From positions 1 to 64,000 of the IMG/VR virus record IMGVR_UViG_3300034108_000503: a stretch of DNA of 64,000 nt; one strand, 5' to 3'. The notes under the pieces are model-generated. The model had not been told where the DNA came from, searched no databases, and worked only from the letters and a program-made list of their open reading frames with translations. The translations under genes and the position numbers were made by a program. Below, piece by piece: positions 45,549 through 53,977 of this stretch. The first letter of the stretch is position 1. The number at the start of each line of letters is the position of its first letter. The DNA comes from a virus.

Positions 45549-45904
45549 TTTCCGGTCTCCTTCTGCTTCTGGTATGCGTGCTTGATCTCAATGAAGGTTT
45601 CGACAGCCTTTTGCTGCGCTTGTCTGGCGTATTCCGCTCCCTGCGGGTGGTGGACCGGGAGTTCGCTGGCGTAGCACAGCAGCTTGAGAACCTCAAACAT
45701 CTTGTCTGTGGCGGCTCTTTTTGGGCATCCGATCCCTGCTGCAATCAGGAATTGATCAGCGAGCATGAATGCGTATTGGGACAGCCAGCGTGCCTCCGTT
45801 ATTGTGGTATCATTCACGAATCTGGAATCATTGTTCGCCGGAAGCAGCGCGGCCATGAACTGGGCGGCGATCTGGATGCGGTCTGGTGGTGCTTCCTGGT
45901 TCAT
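45545..45904 (-). CDS. Hypothetical protein (IAAQFMAALL...AF.LAD family)
   Basis: Common phage small-protein motif; start at MNQEAPP. Confidence 0.65.
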   Translation of the reverse strand: MNQEAPPDRIQIAAQFMAALLPANNDSRFVNDTTITEARWLSQYAFMLADQFLIAAGIGCPKRAATDKMFEVLKLLCYASELPVHHPQGAEYARQAQQKAVETFIEIKHAYQKQKETGK

Positions 45905-45908
45905 GGTA

Positions 45909-46121
45909 TTACTCTGGAACGAGTCTGAACCTCCGCCATTCGGCTCCGGGGACGAGTTCAACCAGTTCGTCGTCGAACGGTTCAATGTTCAGCATATCGA
46001 CATTCCCTGTCTTGGTATTTACGGCAGCCCAGACGAAGAGATCCGGCGTCTTTGTTTCGACTATCTTCCCATCGACAACTGGGTACTGGGTCCGGAATAG
46101 TGGTGGTGTTTCCTGGTTCAT
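45909..46121 (-). CDS. Hypothetical protein
   Basis: Start at MNQETPP with an ATGA overlap. Confidence 0.6.
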   Translation of the reverse strand: MNQETPPLFRTQYPVVDGKIVETKTPDLFVWAAVNTKTGNVDMLNIEPFDDELVELVPGAEWRRFRLVPE

Positions 46122-46321
46122 TTCCTCACTTGTTTTGGTTTGGTTTCTTCTTCTTCGATTCTGCCAAGGCCCATGCATTCTGGGCAGTGTGATCCTGCGG
46201 CTTTGAGTCCGCCTTCCTGTTCGCCGAAGTGACCTTGGCCTGACCATAGCCAGCCTTGGCCGTGGCAGGTTTTGCAGATTGCCGCCTGTGGTTTCCTGGG
46301 GTGCTTCTTCTTTGCTTTCAT
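46118..46321 (-). CDS. DnaJ-type Cys finger small protein
   Basis: CKTCHGQG ... CPECMGLG. Confidence 0.7.
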   Translation of the reverse strand: MKAKKKHPRKPQAAICKTCHGQGWLWSGQGHFGEQEGGLKAAGSHCPECMGLGRIEEEETKPKQVRK

Positions 46322-46932
46322 TCATGCCCTCCTTCCACCACGCGGAACTCGACCACCCAGACCCATGGGTTTTCGTGCCATAGGTCTCCCCATAGTTGGG
46401 CGATTTCGTCGCGCCTATCTGGACGCGGGTTCTTGCATCCGCATGGCTCAGGCATCCCGCAGCTAAGGCATCCTCCGTCCGTGATTCCTTCTGCGGTGGC
46501 GTCCTCCTCGGTAATGTCCTGCAACCGCTCAACGCGGACGCTTTGGATCTCCAGCAGGATGCGGGAAAGTTCCCGAGGCATCTGAGTTGAGGATCTCCAT
46601 TTCGTCCCTTTACCGCCACACTGCACATCGGCCCGATACACCGTTGAGGCTTCACGGTACGGCTTAATGGACAAAGCGTGATCGTACTCGGCGGCCTCAT
46701 GCAGGAATGTCTCCCTCGCCCACAGGCGATCTCCCGGTTGTCCGTATGGGCAAGCCCATCTTCCGCTTGCCCCGGCGGGGTATGAAAACGTGCCGAATGA
46801 ATCCAGCTTCGGTGGACCATCATAGCTCCGACAGTCTGGCTGCGGCTTGATGATCCTCCGGAACTGCGTCTTGCGACCGTCGCGGATGGCGCGGACTTCC
46901 AGCGCATTGAATGTGATGGGGCGTTCTTTCAT
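46318..46932 (-). CDS. ASCH/PUA-like phage protein
   Basis: MKERPITF...VRAIRDGRKTQ.RR, CPYGQPGDRLWARE, VRVERLQDITEEDA.AEG and NPWVWVVEF. Confidence 0.8.
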   Translation of the reverse strand: MKERPITFNALEVRAIRDGRKTQFRRIIKPQPDCRSYDGPPKLDSFGTFSYPAGASGRWACPYGQPGDRLWARETFLHEAAEYDHALSIKPYREASTVYRADVQCGGKGTKWRSSTQMPRELSRILLEIQSVRVERLQDITEEDATAEGITDGGCLSCGMPEPCGCKNPRPDRRDEIAQLWGDLWHENPWVWVVEFRVVEGGHE

Positions 46933-47120
46933 GGTTTTTCCTCCTCGGGCTCAATTAGGAACTCGCATTCAAAGACGATGATCGGCGGCGGTTCAATTGT
47001 GGGACCGATGCCTTCTCTGGGAGCAGTCCTGCGCAGGCATGTCTCACACCCTTCGCGCCATCCCTCGGCATCGCTGCCGTATCCAACGCAGCGCTCCTTG
47101 TCGTTTGGGAGCCAGTTCAT
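46929..47120 (-). CDS. Small Cys-rich protein
   Basis: LPND..RC.G...C..CLRR, preceded by a GGAGG SD. Confidence 0.6.
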   Translation of the reverse strand: MNWLPNDKERCVGYGSDAEGWREGCETCLRRTAPREGIGPTIEPPPIIVFECEFLIEPEEEKP

Positions 47121-47229
47121 TCCGCCCTCCTTTCTTGGCTTCGGCTTCCGTGTCGTAATGATTTCATTGCAAAAACCTATGAAAATAAGAAATACTTGTC
47201 CGCGGTAAGAAAAATCTGGCGGCGTGGCT

Positions 47230-47475
47230 TCATTCAACCAGTTCCCAGTCGGTGGCGAGCATTGCCTTGCCGTGGATGATGGCGGCGCGGAATCGTGTGC
47301 CGGGGTAGCTTGCGAGATTCTCGACGACTTCAGCCCCGTCCTTCAGTCGCAGCTTTTCCTCCTTGGTTGACACCGTCTCATGGACTGTGCCGAGCCTGTA
47401 GATGCGGTCGGGCGATGACTCGCGCCGGATCGTCCTGCCTGCCATTAGGTATCGGAGTGCGGTGGGAAAGTCCAT
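47230..47475 (-). CDS. DUF2829 / Tad2-like (Thoeris anti-defence 2) protein
   Basis: MDF..AL..L.AG..I.R ... MLATDWELV termini match the family pattern. Confidence 0.6.
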   Translation of the reverse strand: MDFPTALRYLMAGRTIRRESSPDRIYRLGTVHETVSTKEEKLRLKDGAEVVENLASYPGTRFRAAIIHGKAMLATDWELVE

Positions 47476-47681
47476 TAGTCGGAAGCGTGGGGGTAGTCGC
47501 GGACGAATTCCGGCGGGGCGGCAGGCACCTTGGCTGAGTGCTGCTTGAGGATGGCAATGGCCTGCTTGAGTTCGGCGATCTGAGCCTTGATGTGTTCGTT
47601 CATGTGCGCCGCTGACGGCTCCTCAAGCAGGTCTTCTCGGCTTGTCAGTTCGTAATCAAGATAGCTAATTGCTAGGTCCAT
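47475..47681 (-). CDS. Small coiled-coil protein
   Basis: Start at MDLAIS; IAELKQAIAIL. Confidence 0.55.
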   Translation of the reverse strand: MDLAISYLDYELTSREDLLEEPSAAHMNEHIKAQIAELKQAIAILKQHSAKVPAAPPEFVRDYPHASD

Positions 47682-47808
47682 CTCAAAACTCCTTTCCATG
47701 CATGGGTGGGCAACCCGCGTTGTACTGGATCTTCGCGAGCAATGCGCCCGCAATGTCCTGGACGACGAGCGCTTCAATGCCTGTTGGTGTAGTTGGTTCT
47801 GTCATAAT

Positions 47809-48039
47809 TCAATCGGTCGGTAGTTTCGGGATCGCATCAGCATCCCACTGGACCGTCGTCCTGATGTCGCAAATTGTAAATCCTGCGCTTGGGTGGTAGG
47901 TTGTCCATCCGGTTATCCCTGGCAGCATGCTGGATTTTGGGTTTCCGGTACGCAGCGCATCTGGGAATCCTGATAAATCAACGGCCCTGACAAAAACAGG
48001 GCGGTCTTTCGGCGCCGTCTTAATGGGTTGCCAGTTCAT
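47809..48039 (-). CDS. DUF551-like protein
   Basis: MNWQPIKTAPKD N-terminus. Confidence 0.65.
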   Translation of the reverse strand: MNWQPIKTAPKDRPVFVRAVDLSGFPDALRTGNPKSSMLPGITGWTTYHPSAGFTICDIRTTVQWDADAIPKLPTD

Positions 48040-48188
48040 GAGTCCCCCCTTTCCCGGTCAAGGTCGCAGCCGTCCTGATCTTCCGCAGCGCATCCGATGT
48101 GCATTCGTTCCCCAGCGTCCCCCCATTGGTCCGGGACCGTTGGTTGCCCTGCTGTGATCTCCTCTCCGCAATAGGCGCAGACGCTCAT
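48036..48188 (-). CDS. Small Zn-finger protein
   Basis: CAYCG...HIGC, with an SD and ATGA overlap. Confidence 0.6.
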   Translation of the reverse strand: MSVCAYCGEEITAGQPTVPDQWGDAGERMHIGCAAEDQDGCDLDRERGDS

Positions 48189-48412
48189 GGCTGCACCTCC
48201 TGTTTGATCGGGCATCCGCTGCATGGGCGCAGATACCCGTCAGATAGTTCCACCAGTTGCTGCTGAGTGCGGTTGCAGAAATAGTCTAGTTGCGACCTGT
48301 AGCGACCCCATTTCAGGAATGGACATGTGTCTGTGATCCGTTTCCCGGCGCAGGTGTGCCTTCCTTCCGGAGTCCGGTAAACCGGGATTTCAATCGTGGC
48401 GGTTTCAGTCAT
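48185..48412 (-). CDS. Small Cys-rich protein
   Basis: TC...CPFL...C...RPC.GCPI. Confidence 0.6.
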   Translation of the reverse strand: MTETATIEIPVYRTPEGRHTCAGKRITDTCPFLKWGRYRSQLDYFCNRTQQQLVELSDGYLRPCSGCPIKQEVQP

Positions 48413-48419
48413 TGTTGAT

Positions 48420-48782
48420 TTATTTTCGTTTTGCATATGCGCGTGTGGTTCTGTGGAACTGGTGCTGACTGGTCCAGCCTTTCTTCTCGACGGCTTCGAT
48501 GAACGCCTTGAGCGGACAGAAGAAGAGCGCTGGTGGGACGGCAAGGGCTTCAGCGATACGCAAGACTGTATCCACCCTGGTGTTCACGGCCCCTCGTTCT
48601 GCGGATGAGAGGGTGTTGATGTGGATTCCTGCTTTCTCGCAGATGGTTTCCGGGGTGACCGGGAACTTCGTGCCGTCCTTTGAGGACGTTGCCATTCTGA
48701 TCCAGCGGATCCTTTGGTTCCACGTCTCGGCATCCTTGGCTGGGAAGGAGTAGTCCTTCGGCGGTTTTGGTTTGCGTGGCAT
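48420..48782 (-). CDS. XRE-family HTH transcriptional regulator
   Basis: TPETICEKAGIHINTLSSAERGAVN...TVLRIAEAL.V...FF. Confidence 0.85.
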   Translation of the reverse strand: MPRKPKPPKDYSFPAKDAETWNQRIRWIRMATSSKDGTKFPVTPETICEKAGIHINTLSSAERGAVNTRVDTVLRIAEALAVPPALFFCPLKAFIEAVEKKGWTSQHQFHRTTRAYAKRK

Positions 48783-48783
48783 A

Positions 48784-49236
48784 TCAGGAAACAAGATCGT
48801 CCTCGGTGTTTCGGCGGAAGTCCAAGACCGGGAAGTTTGCGATAAGTTCCACGATCTTTGGGCAATCTGCCGGAAACAGCTTCCTCCTTATGATTTCAAC
48901 AAGGTTCATGATATGGAGTTGATCCAGACGTGGAATGTGCGTTCTGTTCTCCATTCCGTTCCAGTTGAGCCTCCAGAGGTAGCCATCGGAATCCTGCTCA
49001 ATAAGGAACACCTCGACGATATTCGGATCTGAATGTTCCCAAGGAGTATTCTCGCCTTGGTTATCAAAATTCAATATGTCTTTGGACAGAATCTCCGGGA
49101 ACTCAAAAGCCACCCACCCGCGACGGTTGAAGGATTTTGGAACGCCGGGGATTCCGTATGGCACTTCGGTCACATAGGTCTCAAATTTTGATGTGACTGT
49201 GATTTTGTCTTTTTCTCTTTTGATGATTAGTTTCAT
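48784..49236 (-). CDS. Hypothetical protein
   Basis: Operon packing. Confidence 0.55.
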   Translation of the reverse strand: MKLIIKREKDKITVTSKFETYVTEVPYGIPGVPKSFNRRGWVAFEFPEILSKDILNFDNQGENTPWEHSDPNIVEVFLIEQDSDGYLWRLNWNGMENRTHIPRLDQLHIMNLVEIIRRKLFPADCPKIVELIANFPVLDFRRNTEDDLVS

Positions 49237-49367
49237 GATTTACTGAAGTGATCAACTACGATGAAGGAGAGTGCTGAGATATAGATTATGTACATCAGGC
49301 AGTAGAACGGGTGGTCGAGATACCACCTGAGTTCCTCTTTCAGGTGATTGATGAGTGACGGTTTCAT
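49233..49367 (-). CDS. Small membrane protein (44 aa)
   Basis: ATGA overlap and one TM segment. Confidence 0.5.
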   Translation of the reverse strand: MKPSLINHLKEELRWYLDHPFYCLMYIIYISALSFIVVDHFSKS

Positions 49368-49370
49368 GGC

Positions 49371-49808
49371 TCAACTGATTTCCCGGTATCCAGTGAGTCC
49401 ATCATAGTATCCGTTTGAATCGTTGATGTGCCGGATCAGCGCCATTCCTGTTGTGGTTCTTAGGACGACATTCCAGATTGAAAGGCAATACGGATCCTCA
49501 AACTTACTGACGCTGATGTTTTCTTGCCGGACCCTTTTCAGTGCGGTTTCCTCATCGTCTGCGGTGGTTGCCGACAGCAGGTTTTTCGGGTATCCGCCTT
49601 CGACGATATCAAGCAGTTCGCCGCCGATTGCGTCTCCGGGATCAATTGCGTAGAACACTGAGTACGAGCAGCAGTCCCCCTCGACGCTTACGGTCCATGC
49701 CGTTCCGTCTGTGAACCGAATGTCTACTTCGCAGTCAGATCTGCGGGTCAGCGACTCAAGCGTTTTGCCGAGCATTTTTCTTTTCGTGGAATCAAGGTGG
49801 TGTCTCAT
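49371..49808 (-). CDS. Hypothetical protein (GDCCS...SNGYYDG family)
   Basis: Conserved phage motif; start at MRHHLD. Confidence 0.7.
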   Translation of the reverse strand: MRHHLDSTKRKMLGKTLESLTRRSDCEVDIRFTDGTAWTVSVEGDCCSYSVFYAIDPGDAIGGELLDIVEGGYPKNLLSATTADDEETALKRVRQENISVSKFEDPYCLSIWNVVLRTTTGMALIRHINDSNGYYDGLTGYREIS

Positions 49809-49902
49809 ATTGTTTATTCTAGTGCTGCTTTGATGACACATCCACGCTCATCCACGCCAGTATCCCGGCAAGGAGATTCAGTTTACGCAAACAGGTAGAC
49901 GG

Positions 49903-50079
49903 TCAGAGCCTGCGCCTTGGAGAGAGCATGGTGTCCGACCTCTTGTTGAGTGCATTGCCAACAGCGGCAAACATGGCTCCGATTCCGGCGAAGAAGACAG
50001 CGAAGAGCCACATAGGGATGGCACACAGACCGATGACTCCTCCGAGGATCACTTCGGCCCAGCCGAGGATGCTCTTCAC
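49903..50079 (-). CDS. Small membrane protein (58 aa)
   Basis: GTGA overlap and a long hydrophobic stretch. Confidence 0.55.
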   Translation of the reverse strand: MKSILGWAEVILGGVIGLCAIPMWLFAVFFAGIGAMFAAVGNALNKRSDTMLSPRRRL

Positions 50080-50321
50080 GATTCCTCTCCTTCTTCCAGT
50101 TCCATCTGTCCTTCAGCCTCCATGTCCTCGTCTTCCCCCTCTTTGTCCTCCATCTCCTCGTCGAGGAAGGCATCGTGCTTCCGCTTGAGGCGTTCGACAC
50201 CGAAGGAGGCGTACTCACGTTCGTTCTTGTCTGAGATCGTGACGTAGAAGTCCATCCCAGGGTAGCTATCCTTGAGGTACTGGGTGATGGAATCCTTGGA
50301 CTGCTGGAGTTTCGGGGACAT
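50076..50321 (-). CDS. Small protein with very acidic C-terminus
   Basis: DEEMEDKEGEDEDMEAEG tail. Confidence 0.6.
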   Translation of the reverse strand: MSPKLQQSKDSITQYLKDSYPGMDFYVTISDKNEREYASFGVERLKRKHDAFLDEEMEDKEGEDEDMEAEGQMELEEGEES

Positions 50322-50331
50322 GATCTCTGGA

Positions 50332-50487
50332 TTATCTGCTGACGTTGTTCTCGCTGCAACTGGTTCCTCGTTTTCTGGATACCACGAACAGCATCCAGAT
50401 GAAGATCAGTCCGGTGGTGAGCATGGATACAAAGAACGAGGGAGCCATGAGCATGGCTGAGATGAATGCGATGGTGGCGATTTTCAT
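50332..50487 (-). CDS. Small membrane protein (51 aa)
   Basis: Hydrophobic N-terminal two thirds; fills the gap between genes. Confidence 0.5.
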   Translation of the reverse strand: MKIATIAFISAMLMAPSFFVSMLTTGLIFIWMLFVVSRKRGTSCSENNVSR

Positions 50488-50489
50488 GT

Positions 50490-50693
50490 TTATCTGAACA
50501 GTTCCGGGGTTTGTTCTTCGTGCGTCCGCCTTGTCTGGTCCCGGAGCCAGAGAAGGCAGGATTTGAGATCCTCGATAATAATTTCGGCCTGATGCGGTCT
50601 GATCAGATCTGGGTTTGATGTCGGGCAGACGATGAGCGTTTCGTTCTCCGAGGTGAAAACGGCCCGGTAGTTACCAAATGTCTTTTCCTTCAT
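50490..50693 (-). CDS. Hypothetical protein
   Basis: ATGA overlap. Confidence 0.55.
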   Translation of the reverse strand: MKEKTFGNYRAVFTSENETLIVCPTSNPDLIRPHQAEIIIEDLKSCLLWLRDQTRRTHEEQTPELFR

Positions 50694-51013
50694 TTGAGTT
50701 TCAGCGTAATCATCCAGAACCAGTTGCTGCCGATCTGAGCCGGGGTTGCTGCGACCACCTCAACGACGGTCCTGCGTGTGCCTTCGGCTTTGACCTTCAG
50801 GCTGTCTCCTGGTTTCCCGATCTCGCACTCCCACTTCTCGACGTGGATTCCTCCGACTTCTCTCCATGGGTACTGCTCAGGTGTGCCGTCATCGGATTCA
50901 ACGCAGAACGACTTCGGTTCCGGGTTCATGCTCCGGGTGATCGTGATCTGCCCGGATGATTCAAGGTACTGGACCTGCGGAATATTGAGTTCGATGGATT
51001 TCATTTGTGTCAT
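50690..51013 (-). CDS. Divergent ASCH-like paralog
   Basis: G..TITRSMNPEP, WECEIGKPGDSL and WFWMI parallel the motifs of 46318-46932. Confidence 0.55.
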   Translation of the reverse strand: MTQMKSIELNIPQVQYLESSGQITITRSMNPEPKSFCVESDDGTPEQYPWREVGGIHVEKWECEIGKPGDSLKVKAEGTRRTVVEVVAATPAQIGSNWFWMITLKLK

Positions 51014-51159
51014 GCACAGTATGTACAGATCACTCCGAAGGTTCTCCCTGGCGAGATTGAGCTTGGCATCTGGTAGATCCCGGTGCCTTTGCATTTCTCG
51101 CAGAGAGCCTTCTTCTTTGCCAGTTTCCGCTGGGTCTTTGTGTTCTGTATCTTATTCAT
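51010..51159 (-). CDS. Small Cys-finger protein (49 aa)
   Basis: CEKCKGTG ... CTYC, with an ATGA overlap. Confidence 0.55.
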   Translation of the reverse strand: MNKIQNTKTQRKLAKKKALCEKCKGTGIYQMPSSISPGRTFGVICTYCA

Positions 51160-51161
51160 TA

Positions 51162-51728
51162 TCAGGGTTTTGTAGCCTGCGAATGCATGGCATCCCTTCC
51201 CCAGAAAGCCCCGGCGGAAAGCCAGCCTTCCTGAGCAAACATCTCCATGACTTCAAGCGGCATGCTGGCGCGGACGGGCCATGACGTGGCATTGCCGTTG
51301 CTTCCAGCCATGAAGTCGATAGCTGCACCCCTGGCATGAAGCGATGGTAGCGATCCTCCGCGCATGTTCCGGTTGTTGTAGCACCCATTGAAGTCCCGCA
51401 GGACATAGCTGAATGGACTTCTTGCGATTGAGCGAAGAACCCGCTCCAATGACTTTGCGGTCTTTGCGTGGCATTGAATGATTCGGACGGGCTTGCCTTC
51501 GTACTGAATATAAAGTCCAGATACATTGAGGTTTACCAGTTTCGACTTGTCACCAGGTGAACCGTAGAATCGCTGGAGGCTGCGCTGGTCCTGTGCGGGC
51601 CATGGGTTGGGTGTTGGCATCATCCGCAGCAAGTGAGTCTTGCATGCGGCGATTGATCGTGGACCCCAGAAGCCATCGGCGACGACACCGATGCGGGCCT
51701 GCATTGCTTTGATTTGGGACTGATTCAT
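51162..51728 (-). CDS. Endolysin: peptidoglycan-binding N-terminus plus M15 peptidase
   Basis: Q..IGVVADGFWGPRS; YNNRNMRGG...SLHARGAAID; W..DAMH.Q. Confidence 0.85.
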   Translation of the reverse strand: MNQSQIKAMQARIGVVADGFWGPRSIAACKTHLLRMMPTPNPWPAQDQRSLQRFYGSPGDKSKLVNLNVSGLYIQYEGKPVRIIQCHAKTAKSLERVLRSIARSPFSYVLRDFNGCYNNRNMRGGSLPSLHARGAAIDFMAGSNGNATSWPVRASMPLEVMEMFAQEGWLSAGAFWGRDAMHSQATKP

Positions 51729-51913
51729 TTCTGTCCGATTGGGAAGAGGGTTGAGTCTGGCTGTGGATCGGCTGTCCAGCGGGGGAGATCGGTGCTGATC
51801 TCGATCACGCCTTTCCCTCCGGGGAGCAGGTACTTGGCGGACAACTGCACCGGAGGCATCGTGATGCAGGACGGGATGAAGGCAGCGACTGCCAGAAGGA
51901 TTGCGGTTTTCAT
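51725..51913 (-). CDS. Small lipoprotein (possible o-spanin-like)
   Basis: MKTAILLAVAAFIPSC lipobox-like sequence, Pro-rich, directly upstream of the endolysin. Confidence 0.55.
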   Translation of the reverse strand: MKTAILLAVAAFIPSCITMPPVQLSAKYLLPGGKGVIEISTDLPRWTADPQPDSTLFPIGQK

Positions 51914-52125
51914 GCGGTTCTCCATACCCGGAACTCTTTATCGCCAATCCGGCGGGGTTCAATCTCAATCCCGGAATGTTTGGCGCAGCGCATCATGATG
52001 CTGATGTCGTCCAGTCCGATTGCGACCGAGTCACCAACATTCATCAAAAGGAATGTTGCGGTGAGTTCCTGCTGGCGATCCGAGTACTGGATCGGAGGAA
52101 TGATGGTGTCTGTGCTGATTTCCAT
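51910..52125 (-). CDS. Small putative DNA-binding protein (M.VGDS...RVWR family)
   Basis: Recognisable motif; start at MEISTD. Confidence 0.65.
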   Translation of the reverse strand: MEISTDTIIPPIQYSDRQQELTATFLLMNVGDSVAIGLDDISIMMRCAKHSGIEIEPRRIGDKEFRVWRTA

Positions 52126-52144
52126 GGTGTCTGTTGGGTTGTGA

Positions 52145-52627
52145 TTAGGAAGTGAAGTGACGGGACCAGAATGCGTCATCCGTCCTCATGATGATTTCAC
52201 GGCTCGGGAACTTGTCTTCAATCTCAGGAAAGAACGCATCCGTGTAATTTACGTCGTAATTCAGCATCGTCAGGTACAGTTCGTCGAGATTTGATTCAAG
52301 CAGCGTCCAGATCTCCACACCTCCGATCACCCAGATGCTGCCTGGGTATTCCGGCTTATCAATGGCAGTGAGCGCAGAAAGCTCATCCATGTCTCTCGCA
52401 ATCTCAATCCCGTCGCACGGCTTCATCGTTCTGCTCATCACGATGTTCCTCCTGCCTTTCAGAACGGACGGTAGAGATTCCCAGGTCTTCCGGCCCATGA
52501 TGACGGTTCCCCCCATGGTCATCCTCCTGAAGAACCTGAGGTCTTCCGGTAGATACCAAGGGATGGTTCCGTTCAGTCCGACTGCCCGGTTCTGCGCCAT
52601 GGCGGCGATTCCAATCCACTTCTTCAT
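52145..52627 (-). CDS. folA: Dihydrofolate reductase
   Basis: IPWYLPEDLRFFR..T.G..VIMGRKTWESLP..L.GR.NIV.SR, VIGG and DAFFP. Confidence 0.95.
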   Translation of the reverse strand: MKKWIGIAAMAQNRAVGLNGTIPWYLPEDLRFFRRMTMGGTVIMGRKTWESLPSVLKGRRNIVMSRTMKPCDGIEIARDMDELSALTAIDKPEYPGSIWVIGGVEIWTLLESNLDELYLTMLNYDVNYTDAFFPEIEDKFPSREIIMRTDDAFWSRHFTS

Positions 52628-53436
52628 ACGGCTACCTTTCCTTTGATTGCTGGATGCGGATCGTACCCGACAAGGTCGAAGTCCTCAAACTCAAAGCTGT
52701 CGATGTCCCAGTGGCGACCGTGGATCGCAAGAATCGGGGGAGCCTTGATTGGTCGCGAGATCTGCTCCCTGACTTGGTCGTAGTGGTTGCTGTAGATGTG
52801 GGCATCTCCCACGCTGATCGTAAGGATCCCCGGTGTCAGTCCGGTGATGTGAGCCACCATGTGCGTCAGCAGGGCGTAGCTGGCAATGTTGAACGGCATC
52901 CCGAGGAACATGTCGGCAGACCGCTGCGTCAGCATGCAGTCCAGACGATTGCCTGAGCGCACCGAGAACTGGTAGAGCATGTGGCATGGAGGCAGTGCCA
53001 TCTTTGGGATATCGACTGGATTCCATGCGCTCACAATGATCCGGCGGGAATACCGATCCTGCTCAATGAGGCGGATTGCTTCCTTCAACTGGTCGATCCC
53101 CTCCTTGCCCCAGTTCCTCCACTGCTTGCCGTACACCGGGCCGAGTTCTCCATCGGTCGATGCCCACTCGTCCCATATGGAGACTCCGTGCTTCTGTAGA
53201 TCCACGATGTTGGTGCTTCCGGAGATGAACCACAGGAGTTCGTGGACCACGGACTTCATGTGGACTTTCTTCGTGGTGAGGAGCGGGAATCCTTTGGAAA
53301 GATCAAACTTCATCATTTCCCCAAAGATGCTGGACGTTCCCGTGCCAGTGCGGTCATATCGTTTTTCTCCGTAATTCAGGATATTACTGATTGCGTTGAT
53401 GTACTCTTCTTCGTTCGATGTATCAAGTCTGTTCAT
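52624..53436 (-). CDS. thyA: Thymidylate synthase
   Basis: DRTGTGT, FPLLTTKK, ELLWF, LGPVYGKQWR, SRRIIVSAWN, LPPCH, QRSAD..LG.PFNIASY and GDAHIY.NH. Confidence 0.97.
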   Translation of the reverse strand: MNRLDTSNEEEYINAISNILNYGEKRYDRTGTGTSSIFGEMMKFDLSKGFPLLTTKKVHMKSVVHELLWFISGSTNIVDLQKHGVSIWDEWASTDGELGPVYGKQWRNWGKEGIDQLKEAIRLIEQDRYSRRIIVSAWNPVDIPKMALPPCHMLYQFSVRSGNRLDCMLTQRSADMFLGMPFNIASYALLTHMVAHITGLTPGILTISVGDAHIYSNHYDQVREQISRPIKAPPILAIHGRHWDIDSFEFEDFDLVGYDPHPAIKGKVAV

Positions 53437-53774
53437 TTTTTTGCTGAGTTGAATCCAGCGACATACGCACGAATCATGTCGTTCATGTGCTTTTTGTCTG
53501 CTGGTTTCATGATTACCATCGGAGGAAGCACGTTCTCCCGATACCAGATCTCTGCCTCGGCTTCGATGTTTCCATCAGCAGCTTCGCTTCCAAGTCTCTC
53601 CATCAGGAGATCCTCGTCTTGGTTCCCGCACCGTTCGCAGCACTCCACGGGATGTGCTTCGGTGTTCCAGCACACGTCGCACTGGTAGAGAACTCCCGAG
53701 TCGCATCCGCATGGTCCTTCCATGTACTTCCCTGGACCCTGGGAGCAGACATGGCATTTCACTAGGTGATTCAT
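53433..53774 (-). CDS. Cys-rich hypothetical protein
   Basis: Multiple CxxC motifs and ATGA overlaps. Confidence 0.6.
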   Translation of the reverse strand: MNHLVKCHVCSQGPGKYMEGPCGCDSGVLYQCDVCWNTEAHPVECCERCGNQDEDLLMERLGSEAADGNIEAEAEIWYRENVLPPMVIMKPADKKHMNDMIRAYVAGFNSAKK

Positions 53775-53977
53775 GCGATTCGCGTGAGGTGTGCGTACTT
53801 GGTATTCCTGCCGCCATTGTAGACCTGATTGCAGCGCATGCAGCGTTCACGCTTCTGCCACTCCTTCCAGCTACAGTGCTTCGTGGGCCATATCTTCTCC
53901 CGGCAGTCAATGCAGTGATGGATCGCGTGATCCCTCCAGCCGACTGGCGGTTTCTCCAGTGATCGGTCGATCTTCAT
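53771..53977 (-). CDS. Small Zn-finger protein
   Basis: CIDC ... CMRC, with ATGA overlaps. Confidence 0.6.
   Translation of the reverse strand: MKIDRSLEKPPVGWRDHAIHHCIDCREKIWPTKHCSWKEWQKRERCMRCNQVYNGGRNTKYAHLTRIA

Noticed and set aside
47683-47805. 40-aa ORF MTEPTTPTGIEALVVQDIA... as a truncated remnant of a common phage family
   Set aside because: Only the N-terminal resemblance is visible, which is too little to call a pseudogene or frameshift.
52624-53436. ThyA as a dCMP/dUMP hydroxymethylase for hypermodified DNA
   Set aside because: The motifs are canonical ThyA, including PFNIASY, and the gene is coupled to DHFR.
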